A stretch of 64,000 bases of DNA from Alphaproteobacteria bacterium (GTDB taxonomy: Bacteria; Pseudomonadota; Alphaproteobacteria; UBA828), in the NCBI GenBank assembly GCA_963422645.2, contig CAXXVO010000011.1, forward strand, positions 64,001 through 128,000, in the 5' to 3' direction. Position numbers and translations under genes: made by a program. Positions 61,837 to 64,000 of this stretch are shown here, one piece after another. Position 1 is the stretch's first letter. Each line of letters starts with the position of its first letter. The notes under the pieces were generated by a model that was given only the letters and a program-made list of their open reading frames with translations, searched no databases and was not told the DNA's origin.

Positions 61837-61917
61837 CCTGGGGTTGCGGCGCGTCACCCGAAGGGCCGAAGCGCAGCGGAGGAGCCGCGAAGCGGCTTGA
61901 CGCGCCGCAACCCCAGG
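61837..61917. repeat. Perfect 20 bp inverted repeat enclosing mini-hairpins
   Basis: CCTGGGGTTGCGGCGCGTCA ... TGACGCGCCGCAACCCCAGG; a second hairpin TGGCCGGAAG-TTCC-CTTCCGGCCA lies at 61797-61820. Confidence 0.85.
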
Positions 61918-62246
61918 TGCCCGATGCTACATGTAGTGGGTGATGATCCCTTCCAAATGATCAAATACCCGCGCTTTTGCGAGATCGACAACAATGTCGG
62001 ATTTACAGTTGCCGCTAACAAGAGAATCTGCGAACCACTTGTCGGTTTGCCAACTAAAGTATGGCTTTCCAGCTCAATGGGATCCCCTGACACACGCAAG
62101 CACTATGCCGGTGCGACCGTTTGGCGATGAGGTCGAGACGGTTCCGAGGTGACCAGCAGTTCTGCATTATACTTGAGCAGTGTCGGCCCGCCCCAGTGGT
62201 TCCAACATCGTCTGAACCAGACTATCCATTTCACCCTTGGACGGTT

Positions 62247-62786
62247 TCAGATCTCAAGCAGCATGTCCAATGTCTGCTCTTCGATGTTCTCCAGCGCACC
62301 CAAGTCCGCGACGACGGAATAGTCTGCTCGCATGACTACTGCTCGGATTACGAGTGCGTTCGGCAAATTTCCCCGATAGCCTGCTTCCACCCCCGGGATG
62401 ATGGTCCCCTGCCATGGTTCGCCCGATCCTATTCCTACACGCCGATCCACTTCCTGATTCCACACCCCCCTCAGCGTCTCTGCGTCAACAATGTCCTTTT
62501 CGCCGGCCTCACGATCAATCTCCAGCCATACGGAAAGGTCCGCATCGTGGGTCGCACCAAACCACTGCGCCCAGTTATGCCACTGGTTCCATTCGTCCCT
62601 CGCAGATGGTCCGAAGTCAAACAGACTTACCCAACCACGCGCGCTGACGAACGAACCCTTGAATCGGTTTCCCGGAGTGATAAAACCACCCCGCCGAATT
62701 CCCCGGAACCCGTCCACACTTGTCGCATGCCACAGCCCTCGGTCCAGTACGGCCCAAGCTTCGGGTCCACATCCTCGATCTTCCAC
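62247..62786 (-). CDS. Hypothetical protein, possible ADP-ribosyltransferase-like fold
   Basis: 179 aa ORF co-oriented behind the helicase; LWHATS..F.GI...GFITP and WVSLFD motifs. Confidence 0.55.
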   Translation of the reverse strand: MEDRGCGPEAWAVLDRGLWHATSVDGFRGIRRGGFITPGNRFKGSFVSARGWVSLFDFGPSARDEWNQWHNWAQWFGATHDADLSVWLEIDREAGEKDIVDAETLRGVWNQEVDRRVGIGSGEPWQGTIIPGVEAGYRGNLPNALVIRAVVMRADYSVVADLGALENIEEQTLDMLLEI

Positions 62787-62913
62787 AGATTTCGTTCCTC
62801 TACGTCTTCACGAGTAACACCGGAAAAGTTCCAAGGTCATGCAAATCGACGCCATCCTGATCCGCGCCAATGGCAGCTGGGCGCGCTCAGTCGGTTCTGT
62901 GACCAGTCAATAG

Positions 62914-63999
62914 CTACCAGTCAGTCCTCATCAATTGGGCGAAATCACGTCGAGACAGGACTTCCGTGCAGTCACGCCAATCCTTAGCGGAAGGCTCTGT
63001 AGTTGCCTTGTAACGAAGATCGAAGCCGGTGGCCTCCCGCTGCGCGCTAATGTACTCGTCCATCTTCTCTCCCAGTGTTTCAATGTTTTCTATCCACTCA
63101 TCTTTGATCGTGTCCGGCAGGGAACCGAACAAGTTGAAGCGGTCGCGCATGCGTTCTGATAACCGGTCATAAACTTTTTCGTCAACGGTCTTCTCGTTTA
63201 CAAGATTTAGCATATCGACCTTTTCTCGAGCTTGGCCGAACCGCTTGATCCGGCCGATGCGCTGCTCTAAGCGCGTAGGATTCCAGGGCAAATCAATGTT
63301 GATAAGCGTGCTCAATGTTTGGAGGTTGAGACCTTCGCTAGCGGCGTCGGTCGCAACCATGATTTTGATCTCATGTTCGGCGACCATTTTCTTTAGTGTC
63401 TCGCGTTCTATGCTAACACTGTCTCCCTTCTGATAGAGACGAGTGCGGGACGCGCCAGCATACAGACCAATGGCGAGGTTTGGATACCGAAGTGCTAGCG
63501 AGTCCGCCATCCATATCGCTGTGTCAAAGTACTGACTGAAGATGATCACTCCATGGTCTAGCCATTTCTCGCGATTCAAGAAATGAATTGTAGCCTGAAG
63601 CTTTGGATCGCTCTGAATTCGCTCTAAGCGTTCGATGAGACGCTCCAAAGCCATTCTCTCATCCGAGCTCTCAACCGCAAGCTCGATGACTTGTTCTTCC
63701 GTTTCTTCCTCGACGGTGCGACCTGACAGAAGCGTCTTAGCGGTGCTCAGCCCTGCAGCTATGCTGGAGCACATACGTTGCTCCACGAGGTTCTTCATGA
63801 ATCCGCTGCCCTTGCCTCTCCGGGAGAGAGCTTTCCCAAAAGCCCGGGCCTCTTGGTACGCTTCCCTGAAATCGTCATTTGTGCGAAGAGCCCTGCCTTC
63901 GAACAAGGCGTCAAAGAGCTGGACATCGCGGATGTACTGCCGGTCAGGGTGCAGATCTACGCCAATCCGTGGCAGTAGACCGGCGTCTTCGAGGTCAGA
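62914..63999 (-). CDS. SNF2-like helicase C-terminal part (5' end outside the window), probable anti-phage PLD-helicase
   Basis: IIFSQYFDT, ATDAASEGLNLQ and DLPWNPTRLEQRIGRIKRFGQ motifs; lower GC than the backbone. Confidence 0.85.
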   Translation of the reverse strand, partial: SDLEDAGLLPRIGVDLHPDRQYIRDVQLFDALFEGRALRTNDDFREAYQEARAFGKALSRRGKGSGFMKNLVEQRMCSSIAAGLSTAKTLLSGRTVEEETEEQVIELAVESSDERMALERLIERLERIQSDPKLQATIHFLNREKWLDHGVIIFSQYFDTAIWMADSLALRYPNLAIGLYAGASRTRLYQKGDSVSIERETLKKMVAEHEIKIMVATDAASEGLNLQTLSTLINIDLPWNPTRLEQRIGRIKRFGQAREKVDMLNLVNEKTVDEKVYDRLSERMRDRFNLFGSLPDTIKDEWIENIETLGEKMDEYISAQREATGFDLRYKATTEPSAKDWRDCTEVLSRRDFAQLMRTDW

Positions 64000-64000
64000 T

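Noticed and set aside
61837-61917. Integron attC site
   Set aside because: The GTT and AAC triplets are in the wrong order for R boxes, the stem has no extrahelical bases, and no integrase is present
61897-62987. Plus-strand ORFs 61897-62130 and 62121-62987
   Set aside because: No motifs; the longer one is antisense to the more plausible 179 aa ORF

Overview
GC-rich bacterial DNA, most likely alphaproteobacterial (trpD-trpC-moaC-moeA block, rnhB/yggS/thiE-like block, GTTC-N7-GTTC LexA box). Intact genes are mostly for uptake and breakdown of small nitrogen compounds: ROK kinase-nagA, hydroxyproline epimerase, Rid proteins, a polyamine-type ABC operon, a TRAP-TAXI system with a flavin oxidoreductase, and a tmoXWV-tdm TMAO uptake/demethylation module facing a truncated TorR-like regulator. 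A Spondin_N protein, a sulfotransferase and an orphan phosphonopyruvate decarboxylase suggest a marine, possibly invertebrate-associated lifestyle (inference). The window is heavily invaded by mobile DNA: two related ~2.5 kb IS elements with CAG...CTG ends plus two orphan right ends, IS21, IS66, IS1595, IS1634, an IS4 remnant, and a 450 bp palindromic MITE with Tn7-like TGTGGGCGGAC...ACA ends and 10 GANTC sites. Many genes are truncated or collapsed, and all five clean frameshifts can be reverted by removing a 2-4 bp tandem duplication. The right end enters a lower-GC probable defence island (SNF2 helicase plus a possible ADP-ribosyltransferase-like ORF). No rRNA, tRNA or CRISPR array was seen. 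All family calls come from motif recognition, not database searches.
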